64,000 bases of DNA from an uncultured Methanosarcinales archaeon (GTDB taxonomy: Archaea > Nanobdellota > Nanobdellia > Woesearchaeales > DSVV01), in contig CAYVNO010000005.1 of NCBI GenBank assembly GCA_964452935.1, forward strand, positions 8,558-72,557, read 5' to 3'. Below are positions 1 to 8,615 of this stretch, in pieces. The notes below the pieces were generated by a model. It saw only the letters and a program-made list of their open reading frames with translations. It had not been told where the DNA came from and made no database searches. Position 1 is the stretch's first letter. Each line of letters begins with the position of its first letter. The position numbers were made by a program, and so were the translations under genes.

Positions 1-1
1 A

Positions 2-1579
2 TTTTTAGAGGATTATGCAGGAGAAAGAGCAAGAAAATCCATAGCCTCACTTTTGAAACTTGCACCAGAAATTGCTACAGTTATGAAAAAAGGTGTAGAA
101 ACAATAGTTCATGTGCATAAAATAAATGTCAATGATATTATTATAGTTAAACCAGGAGATAGAATACCTCTAGATGGCATAGTAATTAACGGAGGATCAT
201 CAGTAAACCAAGCTCCAATAACTGGGGAAAGTATGCCTGTTGCCAAAATAAAAGGAGATAAAGTATTCGCAGGAACAATAAATGAGGAAGGCTATCTAGA
301 AATCAAAGTAACTAAAAAATCCAATCAAACTATTATTTCTAAGATTGTAAAACTTGTTGAAAAAGCACAAAAAAAGAAATCAAAAACAGAAGTTTTTATT
401 GACAAATTTGCAAAGTATTACACCCCCATTGTTATTATTTCAGCATTTCTTTTAGCGACAATCCCACCACTTATATTTGGTTTAAAATTTAATGAATGGT
501 TCTATAGATCATTAGTTTTACTTGTAATTTCATGCCCTTGTGCTTTAGCAATATCAACACCAGTATCCATGGTTTCTGGAATTACATCTGCTGCAAGAAA
601 TGGAGTTATAATAAAAGGGGGCGATCATCTAGAAGAAATAAGAAAAACAAAAGTAATGGTCTTTGATAAAACTGGAACACTTACAGAAGGTAGACCTGAA
701 GTTTCAGATATTGTCGCTTTGAATAAATACTCAAAAAAAGAACTTTTACAAATAGCTACTAGTTTAGAATCAAAATCTAAACACCCTATAGCAAAAGCAA
801 TAATCCAAAGTGCTGAAAAAAGAAAAGTCAAGTTGACAAATATATCTGAATTTAAATCTATTGCTGGAAAGGGATTAAAAGGAAAGATTAAAAGAAAGTG
901 GTTTTATATCGGTACTAAGAGTTTCTTTAATGATGTTAAAATCAAATTTCCAAAAAAGTTAATAGAAAAATTTGAAAATCAAGGGAAAACAATTGTATTA
1001 ATTGGTAATAAAGATCATATTGTTGGTATAATTACATTAATGGATAAGATAAGAAGAGGTTCACGTAAAACCATCAATGAACTGAAACATAAAGAAATCA
1101 AAACAGTAATGCTTACTGGGGATAATGAAAGAGCAGCAAAGGCAATTGCACAAAAATTAAAAATCGATGAATATTATTCAGAACTTCTACCTGAAGATAA
1201 AGTAAAAATAATTGATCAACTACGAAAAGAACATGAACATATTGCCATGATTGGTGATGGAGTAAATGATGCTCCCGCTTTGGCTAAAGCCCATGTGGGT
1301 ATAGCAATGGGTGCTGTTGGTTCAGATATAGCAATTGAAACAGCTGATATTGCCCTAATGCATGATGACATATCAAAAGTAAATTATCTTATTGATTTAA
1401 GCAATAAAACAATGTCAGTTGTAAAACAAAATGTAACTCTTTCAATATTAGTAAAAAGTTCTTTTGTAATTTTAGCAGTTCCAGGAATAGTTACATTATG
1501 GATGGCTGTTGCTTTTGGGGATATGGGTTTAAGTTTAGCAGTTATATTAAATGCATTGAGGATTGGAAGGAAAAAATGA
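2..1579 (+). CDS. Heavy-metal P1B-type ATPase (Zn/Cd/Pb-like subtype), N-terminus cut by window edge
   Basis: The frame is open from nt 2 ([18 protein letters not shown] precedes the first Met at 53). Motifs: CPC ([11 protein letters not shown]), DKTGTLT phosphorylation site, [11 protein letters not shown] motif, [10 protein letters not shown] hinge, Asp in the last TM (GDMG). Confidence 0.9.
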   Translation, partial: FLEDYAGERARKSIASLLKLAPEIATVMKKGVETIVHVHKINVNDIIIVKPGDRIPLDGIVINGGSSVNQAPITGESMPVAKIKGDKVFAGTINEEGYLEIKVTKKSNQTIISKIVKLVEKAQKKKSKTEVFIDKFAKYYTPIVIISAFLLATIPPLIFGLKFNEWFYRSLVLLVISCPCALAISTPVSMVSGITSAARNGVIIKGGDHLEEIRKTKVMVFDKTGTLTEGRPEVSDIVALNKYSKKELLQIATSLESKSKHPIAKAIIQSAEKRKVKLTNISEFKSIAGKGLKGKIKRKWFYIGTKSFFNDVKIKFPKKLIEKFENQGKTIVLIGNKDHIVGIITLMDKIRRGSRKTINELKHKEIKTVMLTGDNERAAKAIAQKLKIDEYYSELLPEDKVKIIDQLRKEHEHIAMIGDGVNDAPALAKAHVGIAMGAVGSDIAIETADIALMHDDISKVNYLIDLSNKTMSVVKQNVTLSILVKSSFVILAVPGIVTLWMAVAFGDMGLSLAVILNALRIGRKK

Positions 1580-2238
1580 GAGTGCCAAAATACTATGGAA
1601 CGGAATTTGAAAGTTTTCTTGCAGATATTTATGATGCTTTTTTTAATGTAGCAACTTTTTTCCAAATTAAAAAACTAAGAAAAGAAGCAATAAACAAATT
1701 ACGATTAAAGAAAGGGCAATCTGTTTTGGATTTCGCCTGCGGAACTGGAGGCATTACAATAATAATAGCAGAGAAAGTCGGGAAAAAAGGCAAAATTGTT
1801 GGCATTGACTTATCTCAAAGAATGTTGAATATTGCTATTAAAAAATCTAATCAATATCCTCAAATTAGTTATTTGAGGCACAATTTTGAACATGTGCATT
1901 ATAAAAATATTTTTGATGCTGCTGTTATTGGTTTTGGAGCGCATGAAGTTCCTTCAAAACCAAGACATAATCTTTATAAACAAGCGTATATAGCATTAAA
2001 ATCCAAAGGTAAACTATTAGTATTTGACTATGCATCAATAAATAATAAATTCCTTAAACTATTATATAAGTTATATTTAAAAACAATAGAACATCCTAAT
2101 GGCTGGGAATATGTGAATGAAGATCATCAAAAAGTATTAAAGGAAGTGGGTTTTAAATTAATTAATCATCAAAGAATTGCTTATATGTTTGATATTGCCA
2201 TATATAAAAAAGGTGGAAGATGGACAACAAAAAAATAG
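1576..2238 (+). CDS. Class I SAM-dependent methyltransferase
   Basis: Motif [11 protein letters not shown]. The likely start MRVPKYYG at 1576 forms an ATGA overlap with the ATPase stop. The longer 1498 start lies inside the ATPase gene. Confidence 0.75.
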   Translation: MRVPKYYGTEFESFLADIYDAFFNVATFFQIKKLRKEAINKLRLKKGQSVLDFACGTGGITIIIAEKVGKKGKIVGIDLSQRMLNIAIKKSNQYPQISYLRHNFEHVHYKNIFDAAVIGFGAHEVPSKPRHNLYKQAYIALKSKGKLLVFDYASINNKFLKLLYKLYLKTIEHPNGWEYVNEDHQKVLKEVGFKLINHQRIAYMFDIAIYKKGGRWTTKK

Positions 2239-2720
2239 GATTAATAATAATTGGAATAAGTATAATATTTAGCTTCCTTTTATGGGGATTTAATAGCCAG
2301 ATTAGTAAACTTGAAACTGACTCATGTGCTTGTACTAATACTTGTGATGCAACCCATGAACTTTCTTTTGTTACTCATGCTGGAATTGCTATTGTATTTG
2401 CCACTTTAAGTCTTGGAGCTTATTTGTTATTTTTTGAAAAATCACATCAAACTTTGCTTAAGAAATTAAAAGAGGACTCATCCTTAAAATCCAAGGAGGA
2501 AAAATTTAATTTCATATTGATGGGATTAAATAAGCATGAAAAAAAAGTGTTAAGTGCAATTAAGGAACAAGATGGCATTACTCAAAGTACATTAAGTATC
2601 AGAACTAATTTACATAAATCAAAACTTAGTATTATAGTAGGGATTCTTGAAGAGAAGGAATTAATTAAAAAAGAAAAAAAGGGTAAAACAAATCAACTAT
2701 TTCTTAGAATAAAATTATAA
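2220..2720 (+). CDS. Membrane-anchored winged-helix (MarR/ArsR-like) transcription regulator
   Basis: Two N-terminal hydrophobic helices flank a Cys/His loop (DSCACTNTCDATHE). The C-terminal wHTH-like segment is KKVLSAIKEQDGITQSTLSIRTNLHKSKLSIIVGILEEKELIKK. Confidence 0.55.
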   Translation: MDNKKIGLIIIGISIIFSFLLWGFNSQISKLETDSCACTNTCDATHELSFVTHAGIAIVFATLSLGAYLLFFEKSHQTLLKKLKEDSSLKSKEEKFNFILMGLNKHEKKVLSAIKEQDGITQSTLSIRTNLHKSKLSIIVGILEEKELIKKEKKGKTNQLFLRIKL

Positions 2721-2830
2721 ACAAAATGGCTTTATAAACAGTCTAAAGCAAGAATCTGGGGGTTTCAGCCTAATTCTATACAACAGTTTAGGGGCTAAGT
2801 TATTTATAATACTCTCTCTTTGTAGAACAA

Positions 2831-2911
2831 ATGAACTTTAAGATTGAATATATTTTAGGGGCTTTAGGGATATTTTTGGTTTTGGTATTAATATATTTTA
2901 TCTTAAGATAA
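2831..2911 (+). CDS. Possible 26-aa hydrophobic micropeptide (MNFKIEYILGALGIFLVLVLIYFILR)
   Basis: Read by hand. It lies just upstream of the AGGAGG-type ribosome-binding site of the next gene. There is no other support. Confidence 0.15.
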   Translation: MNFKIEYILGALGIFLVLVLIYFILR

Positions 2912-2925
2912 AGGAGGAGAAACAA

Positions 2926-3945
2926 ATGGAAAAACATGAGCATTCAATTCATAGAAGCAATAAAAGAAAAATAAAGAAAGTAAGAATATGGCAAGCATCA
3001 ACAGCTATTTTAGGAATTCTATTGATTATTTCAATTTTTATGGGGGGATTTACTAAATCAGGGCTTAATGAAATGAGTGGGCAGACAGTAGCGGATAAAA
3101 CCATTGATTTCATAAATCAAAATTTGTTACAAGGTCAAGAAACGGCAACTTTGGAGGATGTTGAAGAGTCTAATGGACTTTATAATCTAAAATTGAGTAT
3201 CAGTGGACAGGAGATGGATTCTTATGTGACAAAAGATGGAAAATTACTCTTTCCTCAAGCAATTAATCTGGATGAAACACCAGAAATATCCTATGAAGAA
3301 GAAACAACAGAAGTAGAAAAAAGTGATACGCCTGTTGTTGAGCTTTTTGTAATGTCACATTGTCCTTATGGAACACAGATGGAAAAAGGAATATTACCTG
3401 TTGTTACTGAATTAGGTGATAAAATTGATTTTGAATTGAAGTTTGTTAATTATGCAATGCATCCTACACAGGGAGAAGTTGAAGAACAATTGAACCAATA
3501 CTGTATTCAAAGAGATTACAATGATAAATTTATTGAGTATTTAGGAAAGTTCCTTGAAAATGGTGATGGTGAAGAAGCACTTATCGCAGTCGGACTTACT
3601 GAAACAGATATAAGTGGATGTATAGAAGAAACAGATGAGGAATTTGATGTTATTGCAAATCTAGAAGATGAGTCTTCTTGGGCTAGTGGAAGATTCCCTC
3701 GGTTCTTAATACACGATGCTGACAACCAAAAGTATGGTGTACAAGGCTCACCAACCTTAGTAATAAATGGTCAACAAGCACAATCAGGAAGAGATGCTCA
3801 AAGCATACTTAACACAATATGTGGTGCTTTTACAGATGAACCAGAAGAATGTAACACAGATATGACTTCATTTGGTAACCCTGCACCAGGATTTGGTTTT
3901 GACACACAAGGAGGTTCTGCAACTGCAGCTGGTTGTGGAGTTTAA
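2926..3945 (+). CDS. Membrane-anchored DsbA/thioredoxin-fold thiol-disulfide oxidoreductase-like protein
   Basis: N-terminal TM anchor, CPYG redox motif (MSHCPYGTQ) and GSPT cis-Pro-loop-like motif (VQGSPTLVINGQ). It is a paralog of the domains in 29054..30757 and ends in AAGCGV. Confidence 0.65.
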   Translation: MEKHEHSIHRSNKRKIKKVRIWQASTAILGILLIISIFMGGFTKSGLNEMSGQTVADKTIDFINQNLLQGQETATLEDVEESNGLYNLKLSISGQEMDSYVTKDGKLLFPQAINLDETPEISYEEETTEVEKSDTPVVELFVMSHCPYGTQMEKGILPVVTELGDKIDFELKFVNYAMHPTQGEVEEQLNQYCIQRDYNDKFIEYLGKFLENGDGEEALIAVGLTETDISGCIEETDEEFDVIANLEDESSWASGRFPRFLIHDADNQKYGVQGSPTLVINGQQAQSGRDAQSILNTICGAFTDEPEECNTDMTSFGNPAPGFGFDTQGGSATAAGCGV

Positions 3946-3978
3946 TTTTTTTCTTTTTTTTGAAAAGGAGAATATAAG

Positions 3979-4455
3979 ATGATATGTTTAATAGCTTTGG
4001 TAGTCTTTGGAATTTTAGGAATATTTAGTGTGACACATAGGCAGATTGCAAAGGAAGCATTTGACTGTGTGTTTAGAAGAGTTACCTTAAGAAAATGTGA
4101 GACAGGTCTTGATAAAAGATTAAAGAGCCAAATAACTGGCAAGTTAATGAGAAAATCTCCAAGAATTGCAGGTTTTACTTTTAAACATTTTGAAGCAATT
4201 TCATGGTTTTTTACAATTCTTATGATAGTAAGTCTTGTCTACTCAGGAATTGGAGGTTATAATTTTATTATGTATGGCAACTGCAATGGCGAAGATTCAC
4301 AAGAAGTATGTGTCTATAATGGATTAAGTGGAGTTTTTACTGCTGATTGTGAAAGCACTTTATGTGAAAATGAAGACTGCGAATGTGAAAATGAAATTGA
4401 TTGTGAAGAAAATGAAGACGAAGAATGCAAACAAAGTTGTTATGAGGATGGTTAA
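3979..4455 (+). CDS. Two-TM membrane protein with CX9C loop and acidic Cys-rich tail, function unknown
   Basis: TM1 is LIALVVFGILGIFSV and TM2 is ISWFFTILMIVSLVYSGIGG. FDCVFRRVTLRKC lies between them. The tail carries about 10 Cys (CESTLCENEDCECENEIDCEENEDEECKQSC). Confidence 0.55.
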   Translation: MICLIALVVFGILGIFSVTHRQIAKEAFDCVFRRVTLRKCETGLDKRLKSQITGKLMRKSPRIAGFTFKHFEAISWFFTILMIVSLVYSGIGGYNFIMYGNCNGEDSQEVCVYNGLSGVFTADCESTLCENEDCECENEIDCEENEDEECKQSCYEDG

Positions 4456-5652
4456 ATGGTTTTGAATATAGAAAAGATAAGACAAGATTTTCCAATCTAT
4501 AATAAACAGATAAATGGAAAGCCCATAATCTATATGGACTCAGCATGTGTTACCTTAAAACCCATTCAAGTTATGGATGCAATGAATAAGTATTATCAAG
4601 AATTTCCTGCTTGTGCGAGTAGGAGTGCCCATAAATTGGGAAGGCGAGTTACAGAAGAAGTTGATAATTCAAGAAAGATTATTCAAAAATTTATAAATGC
4701 TAAAAAATCAAATGAGATAATATTTACAAAAAATACAACAGAAGGAATTAATCTTATTGCTAATTCTTTAGATTTAAAAGAAGGTGATACAGTTCTAACT
4801 AGCGATAAAGAACATAATAGTGGATCAATCCCATTCCAATTGTTGAAAAGAAAAGGAATTAATCATAAAAAATTTAGATTTGGGGATTTGGATGATTTTC
4901 AGAATAAGCTTGATTCTAATGTTAAATTAGTTTCAACAGTTCATATTTCAAATCTAGACGGTACAAGCAACCCAATTAAAGATATTATAAAACGTGCACA
5001 TGAGAATAAAAGTTTAGTTTTAATCGATGGAGCTCAATCTGTTGCACATAAAGAAATCAATGTCAAAAGATTAGATGCAGATTTTTTGGCTTTTTCTGGA
5101 CACAAAATGCTCGGTTCTAGTGGTACTGGAGTTTTATATGGTAAATCTCATTTATTAGAAGGATTAAATCCTTTCATTGTTGGTGGAGATACTGTAAAAA
5201 ATAGTACTTATAATAGTTATGAAATTGAAGATATTCCTAAAAGATTTGAAGCAGGATTACAAAATTATGCTGGCAATATTGGTTTTGGAGAGGCTGTGAA
5301 ATATTTATCAAAGATTGGGATAAGAAATATTAAAAATCATACAATAAAATTAAACAAAATAATAAGTGAAGAGTTTTATGATTTAGGTATAGAAATCTTA
5401 GGTAATAAAAACCCTGAAAAAAGAAGTGGAATAATTAGTTTTAACATTAAAGGAATTGATCATCATGAGATTTCAGGAGTTTTAAACGAAAGCTCAAATA
5501 TTATGGTAAGGTCTGGAATGCATTGTGTTCATTCATGGTTTAATGCCCATAAAATAAATGGTTCTGTAAGAATATCATTATATTTATATAATACAGAAGA
5601 GGAGTCTGAAATTCTTATCAATGAAATTAAGAAGATTAAGAGATTCGTATAA
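4456..5652 (+). CDS. Cysteine desulfurase (class V aminotransferase, SufS/CsdA-like)
   Basis: PLP-lysine motif FSGHKMLG and catalytic Cys loop RSGMHCVH. The length is typical at 398 aa. Confidence 0.85.
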   Translation: MVLNIEKIRQDFPIYNKQINGKPIIYMDSACVTLKPIQVMDAMNKYYQEFPACASRSAHKLGRRVTEEVDNSRKIIQKFINAKKSNEIIFTKNTTEGINLIANSLDLKEGDTVLTSDKEHNSGSIPFQLLKRKGINHKKFRFGDLDDFQNKLDSNVKLVSTVHISNLDGTSNPIKDIIKRAHENKSLVLIDGAQSVAHKEINVKRLDADFLAFSGHKMLGSSGTGVLYGKSHLLEGLNPFIVGGDTVKNSTYNSYEIEDIPKRFEAGLQNYAGNIGFGEAVKYLSKIGIRNIKNHTIKLNKIISEEFYDLGIEILGNKNPEKRSGIISFNIKGIDHHEISGVLNESSNIMVRSGMHCVHSWFNAHKINGSVRISLYLYNTEEESEILINEIKKIKRFV

Positions 5653-5661
5653 AGATTTTTA

Positions 5662-6171
5662 CTACCATATCTTCTGAAAGTCCTCAATAACTCTAGCTCC
5701 TGAGTAGTTTAGGTACATATCTGTGGTAATCAAGCTACTATGCCCTAGGATCGCCTGCAAAGCCCTAATGTTGCCTCCTTTGTGGAGATATACAACTGCA
5801 AATGTGTGCCTTAATACATGGGGGCTTACAGGTTTCATTATCCTAGCTCTATCTGCTACAACTTTCACATACTTCTGTATTGTTCTCATGGCTAAAGGAA
5901 TTGTAGATTGGTGAGAGAAGCATTGTGTTAGATAGAATCTCACAATATTACTCATAGGAACAACCCTTCTCTTTCCACCCTTGCCTATTAAAGTCATACA
6001 ATTCCTCTGCCATGAGATATTTTCTTCTCTAAGGTTTGCAAATTCACTTACTCTTAATCCTGTTTCAAGTAAAACATTAACAACTAGTTCTTCCTCAAAA
6101 GTCTTACATGACTTTTTCATTGTTTGAATTTCATAATCTTCTAGAGGTTCTCTTTTGTATGTTTTTACCAT
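5662..6171 (-). CDS. Tyrosine recombinase/integrase, catalytic domain only (169 aa)
   Basis: Catalytic residues lie in order: ETGLRVSE (Arg), GKGGKRR (Lys), HVLRHTFA (His-x-x-Arg), LGHSSLITTDMYLNY (His, Tyr). There is no N-terminal core-binding domain. Confidence 0.8.
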   Translation of the reverse strand: MVKTYKREPLEDYEIQTMKKSCKTFEEELVVNVLLETGLRVSEFANLREENISWQRNCMTLIGKGGKRRVVPMSNIVRFYLTQCFSHQSTIPLAMRTIQKYVKVVADRARIMKPVSPHVLRHTFAVVYLHKGGNIRALQAILGHSSLITTDMYLNYSGARVIEDFQKIW

Positions 6172-6227
6172 ACTTACTTAGAGTTTATGATGTTTAATAA
6201 CCGCACTTCATAATTTGGTATTGTTAG

Positions 6228-6243
6228 GTATTACCTTCTCCGA
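6228..6243 (+). promoter_or_regulatory. Copy 1 of GTATTACCTTCTCCGA element, upstream of TATA-like CTATTAAT and the methylase start
   Basis: Exact 16-mer. It lies 36 nt before ATG 6280 in the divergent integrase/methylase spacer. Confidence 0.6.
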
Positions 6244-6279
6244 GTTTTCTCTATTAATCATTGTAATCTTTAGGTTTAC

Positions 6280-6987
6280 ATGTTAAACAAAATCTACTGC
6301 ATGGACAATCTGAAATATCTTAAGAAAGTAAAAGATGATTCTGTTGATCTTGTGGTAATTGATCCTCCTTATAATGTCAGCCAAAAGAATAATATTAATT
6401 GCAAGAAAATAAAGGTTGTAAAGAATTTTGGTTCTTGGGATTATGGCTTTGACCCAGTTCCTGTTTTGAAGGAATTGAAGAGGGTTTTGAAACCTAATGG
6501 ACAAATTTACATATTCTGTGCTACTAAACAAATTCCAATTTATATGAAAATACTTGAAGAGGAGTGGTTTTTTAGGAATTTATTAGTTTGGTATAAGACA
6601 AATCCTGCTCCTAGGTTATCGAAGACTAATTATGTCTTTGCTAATGAGTACATTCTTTATGCAATTAACGAGAAAGTTAAACCTTCCTCAGCAACATTTA
6701 ACTTTTTGGGGCAGGTTCAAATGCATAATACAATTATTACCTCTGCTCTACAGGGGAAAGAAAGATTGAAGAAAGATGGCAAGGCTTTGCATCCGACTCA
6801 GAAGCCATTGTCAGTGTTGAAGAAGTTGATCTCTGTATCAAGTAATGAAGGCGATGTTGTTCTTGATGTGTTTATGGGTGTTGGTTCAACTGCTGTTGCT
6901 TGTAAGGAACTAGGTAGAAATTTTATGGGATGTGAGAGTGATATCCAATATTATCATTCAGGAATAGAAAGATTATCAAAGAATTAA
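6280..6987 (+). CDS. DNA methyltransferase, beta-class N6-adenine/N4-cytosine type (DPPY)
   Basis: Motif IV VVIDPPYNV precedes C-terminal motif I FMGVGSTAVACKELGRNFMGCE. Confidence 0.85.
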   Translation: MLNKIYCMDNLKYLKKVKDDSVDLVVIDPPYNVSQKNNINCKKIKVVKNFGSWDYGFDPVPVLKELKRVLKPNGQIYIFCATKQIPIYMKILEEEWFFRNLLVWYKTNPAPRLSKTNYVFANEYILYAINEKVKPSSATFNFLGQVQMHNTIITSALQGKERLKKDGKALHPTQKPLSVLKKLISVSSNEGDVVLDVFMGVGSTAVACKELGRNFMGCESDIQYYHSGIERLSKN

Positions 6988-8094
6988 CTATCTATTCATA
7001 ATCTCAAAATTTGTTGGATTATCTAAGAACCAATGTTGAGTTTTTTTATTAAGTAAACCTCTAACTTTAATTTTATATCCTTCTCGGTATGCATTACATG
7101 CATTTCTATGGTCTTCATCATTAAGATACAAGTAAACTTTTCTTTTTAATGCTGGAACATCTATCGTGATTAGTTTTCTTTCAGTATTTTGATCTACTTT
7201 TTGTCTTTGCAACTTTTTAATGATGCCCATAATTGTAATAGTTTCTTCTTCAGGTATTTTCTTCAAATAATTTGCCATTTTATTAAACTTTTTAAAATAC
7301 TGACTTGACTTTATCTCAGCTTCAATAGGCAATTCTTGATCCGATAATTCTGTGCTATCCCATTTCACTAAAAAATTAACATTAAATCCATTTTCATCTT
7401 TAAGTAAATTAGCTATTGCTTCACAAACATTCTTATTTAATTTCTTATTATAATCATTTCTAAATACATTTTCATCTTCAACTTCTAATTCTTCAACTTC
7501 CTTAATTCCTTGAATTAATCTTGCAACAGTTTTACGCCCAAGATCATTTAAATAACCATTATCATCATCAATTTCGATAAGATATGTTCTTCCTAAGGGT
7601 ACTTTTATTGAAATTACAAAACTACCTGCTTCTGTTTGAGCAAATTCGCAGTTTTCAACTAATTCTTTTGCGTCGTTAAATGGTTTTCTATATTGACTTT
7701 TTTCTTGAATTTCTGAACAAGCCCCAAATGTAATCATTTTTTTAACATTATTCATAACTCCTATAAAATCATTAAGTGGTATTGTACCACCTTTTGTGTT
7801 ATTTGCCACAAATCTAATCTTCATAAGGTCATAACCTTTATTTTTTATTTCTTCTTGAATATCTTGTGGATTTCTATTTTCCAATACTGCTAAGGCTTCA
7901 ATCAAATCCTTAATTCTAGAAGAATAGTCTATAAGATCTTCAGTGTTAGGGATTAGTAAATTTATTTGTTCTTCAAATTGTTTATTTATTTTTATAAATT
8001 TATCTTGAGAAGAGATAAAATTCCAGTCATGTTTACTTAAATAGTTTTTTATGTTATCAAGTTTTAATTTAAAGGTCATTAATCTCACCTCCAT
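6988..8094 (-). CDS. Hypothetical protein, last gene of the DUF2779/DUF4365 operon
   Basis: A 368-aa ORF with no motif I recognise. It overlaps the DUF4365 gene end by 26 nt, and its stop abuts the methylase stop with zero gap. Confidence 0.6.
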   Translation of the reverse strand: MEVRLMTFKLKLDNIKNYLSKHDWNFISSQDKFIKINKQFEEQINLLIPNTEDLIDYSSRIKDLIEALAVLENRNPQDIQEEIKNKGYDLMKIRFVANNTKGGTIPLNDFIGVMNNVKKMITFGACSEIQEKSQYRKPFNDAKELVENCEFAQTEAGSFVISIKVPLGRTYLIEIDDDNGYLNDLGRKTVARLIQGIKEVEELEVEDENVFRNDYNKKLNKNVCEAIANLLKDENGFNVNFLVKWDSTELSDQELPIEAEIKSSQYFKKFNKMANYLKKIPEEETITIMGIIKKLQRQKVDQNTERKLITIDVPALKRKVYLYLNDEDHRNACNAYREGYKIKVRGLLNKKTQHWFLDNPTNFEIMNR

Positions 8095-8590
8095 TTTTAA
8101 CTTGAGCTATAAGATTATTCAATTGATCTATATTAAATATATTTTCTGTAGGTATTTCTAATGTGGTACTACTATCTTCATTATCTTTTCTCTCTTTTCC
8201 CTTTAGACATATCCAATATGCACATTTCTTAACCATCAAAGAATTGACATCTTGAGTTAACCATGAATCCCTATCTTCAGGCAACATCAATACTACAAGT
8301 ATCCTCTGAGTCCCAGCATTTGGATCTCTAAGATCATTAAAATTTTTATTACGCAAACTATATTTAATGTGTGATTTTGTTAAAGTGCATCGTGTACTCG
8401 CCTTTACTTGTATATCTATATTATATCCTGAGGGGCAATACTTTCCTGAATCTCTTCTAATAATATCTTTTACAGTGATATCAAAACCATAATCTTTTGA
8501 ATCCTCTCCATAAATATATCCTGCCATTCCACAAACTGCTTGAATATATGCTATGCTTAAAGCTTCTTTGATATCATTATCTTGTAACAA
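8069..8590 (-). CDS. DUF4365-like PD-(D/E)xK (restriction-endonuclease fold) protein
   Basis: N-terminus EALSIAYIQAVCGMAGY, then DYGFDITV and NIDIQVKAS (D...Q-x-K core), as I recall for DUF4365. Confidence 0.65.
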   Translation of the reverse strand: MLQDNDIKEALSIAYIQAVCGMAGYIYGEDSKDYGFDITVKDIIRRDSGKYCPSGYNIDIQVKASTRCTLTKSHIKYSLRNKNFNDLRDPNAGTQRILVVLMLPEDRDSWLTQDVNSLMVKKCAYWICLKGKERKDNEDSSTTLEIPTENIFNIDQLNNLIAQVKNGGEINDL

Positions 8591-8615
8591 ATTTCTTACC
8601 TCAAATTCATTTTAT

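Noticed and set aside
625-831. Antisense ORFs inside well-supported genes. Examples: 625..831, 1384..1665, 3516..3725, 6283..6531, 9223..9684, 9712..9936, 10448..10717, 18073..19218 set, 34107..34868, 38076..38273, 55938..56304, 57407..58219.
   Set aside because: They lie opposite genes with clear family motifs and have low-complexity or hydrophobic, AT-skew-driven composition with no motifs. These are typical shadow ORFs of an AT-rich genome.
1498-1575. Long N-terminal extension of the methyltransferase ORF starting at 1498.
   Set aside because: It lies entirely within the 3' end of the ATPase gene in another frame. Met at 1576 gives an ATGA-coupled start and a normal methyltransferase N-terminus.
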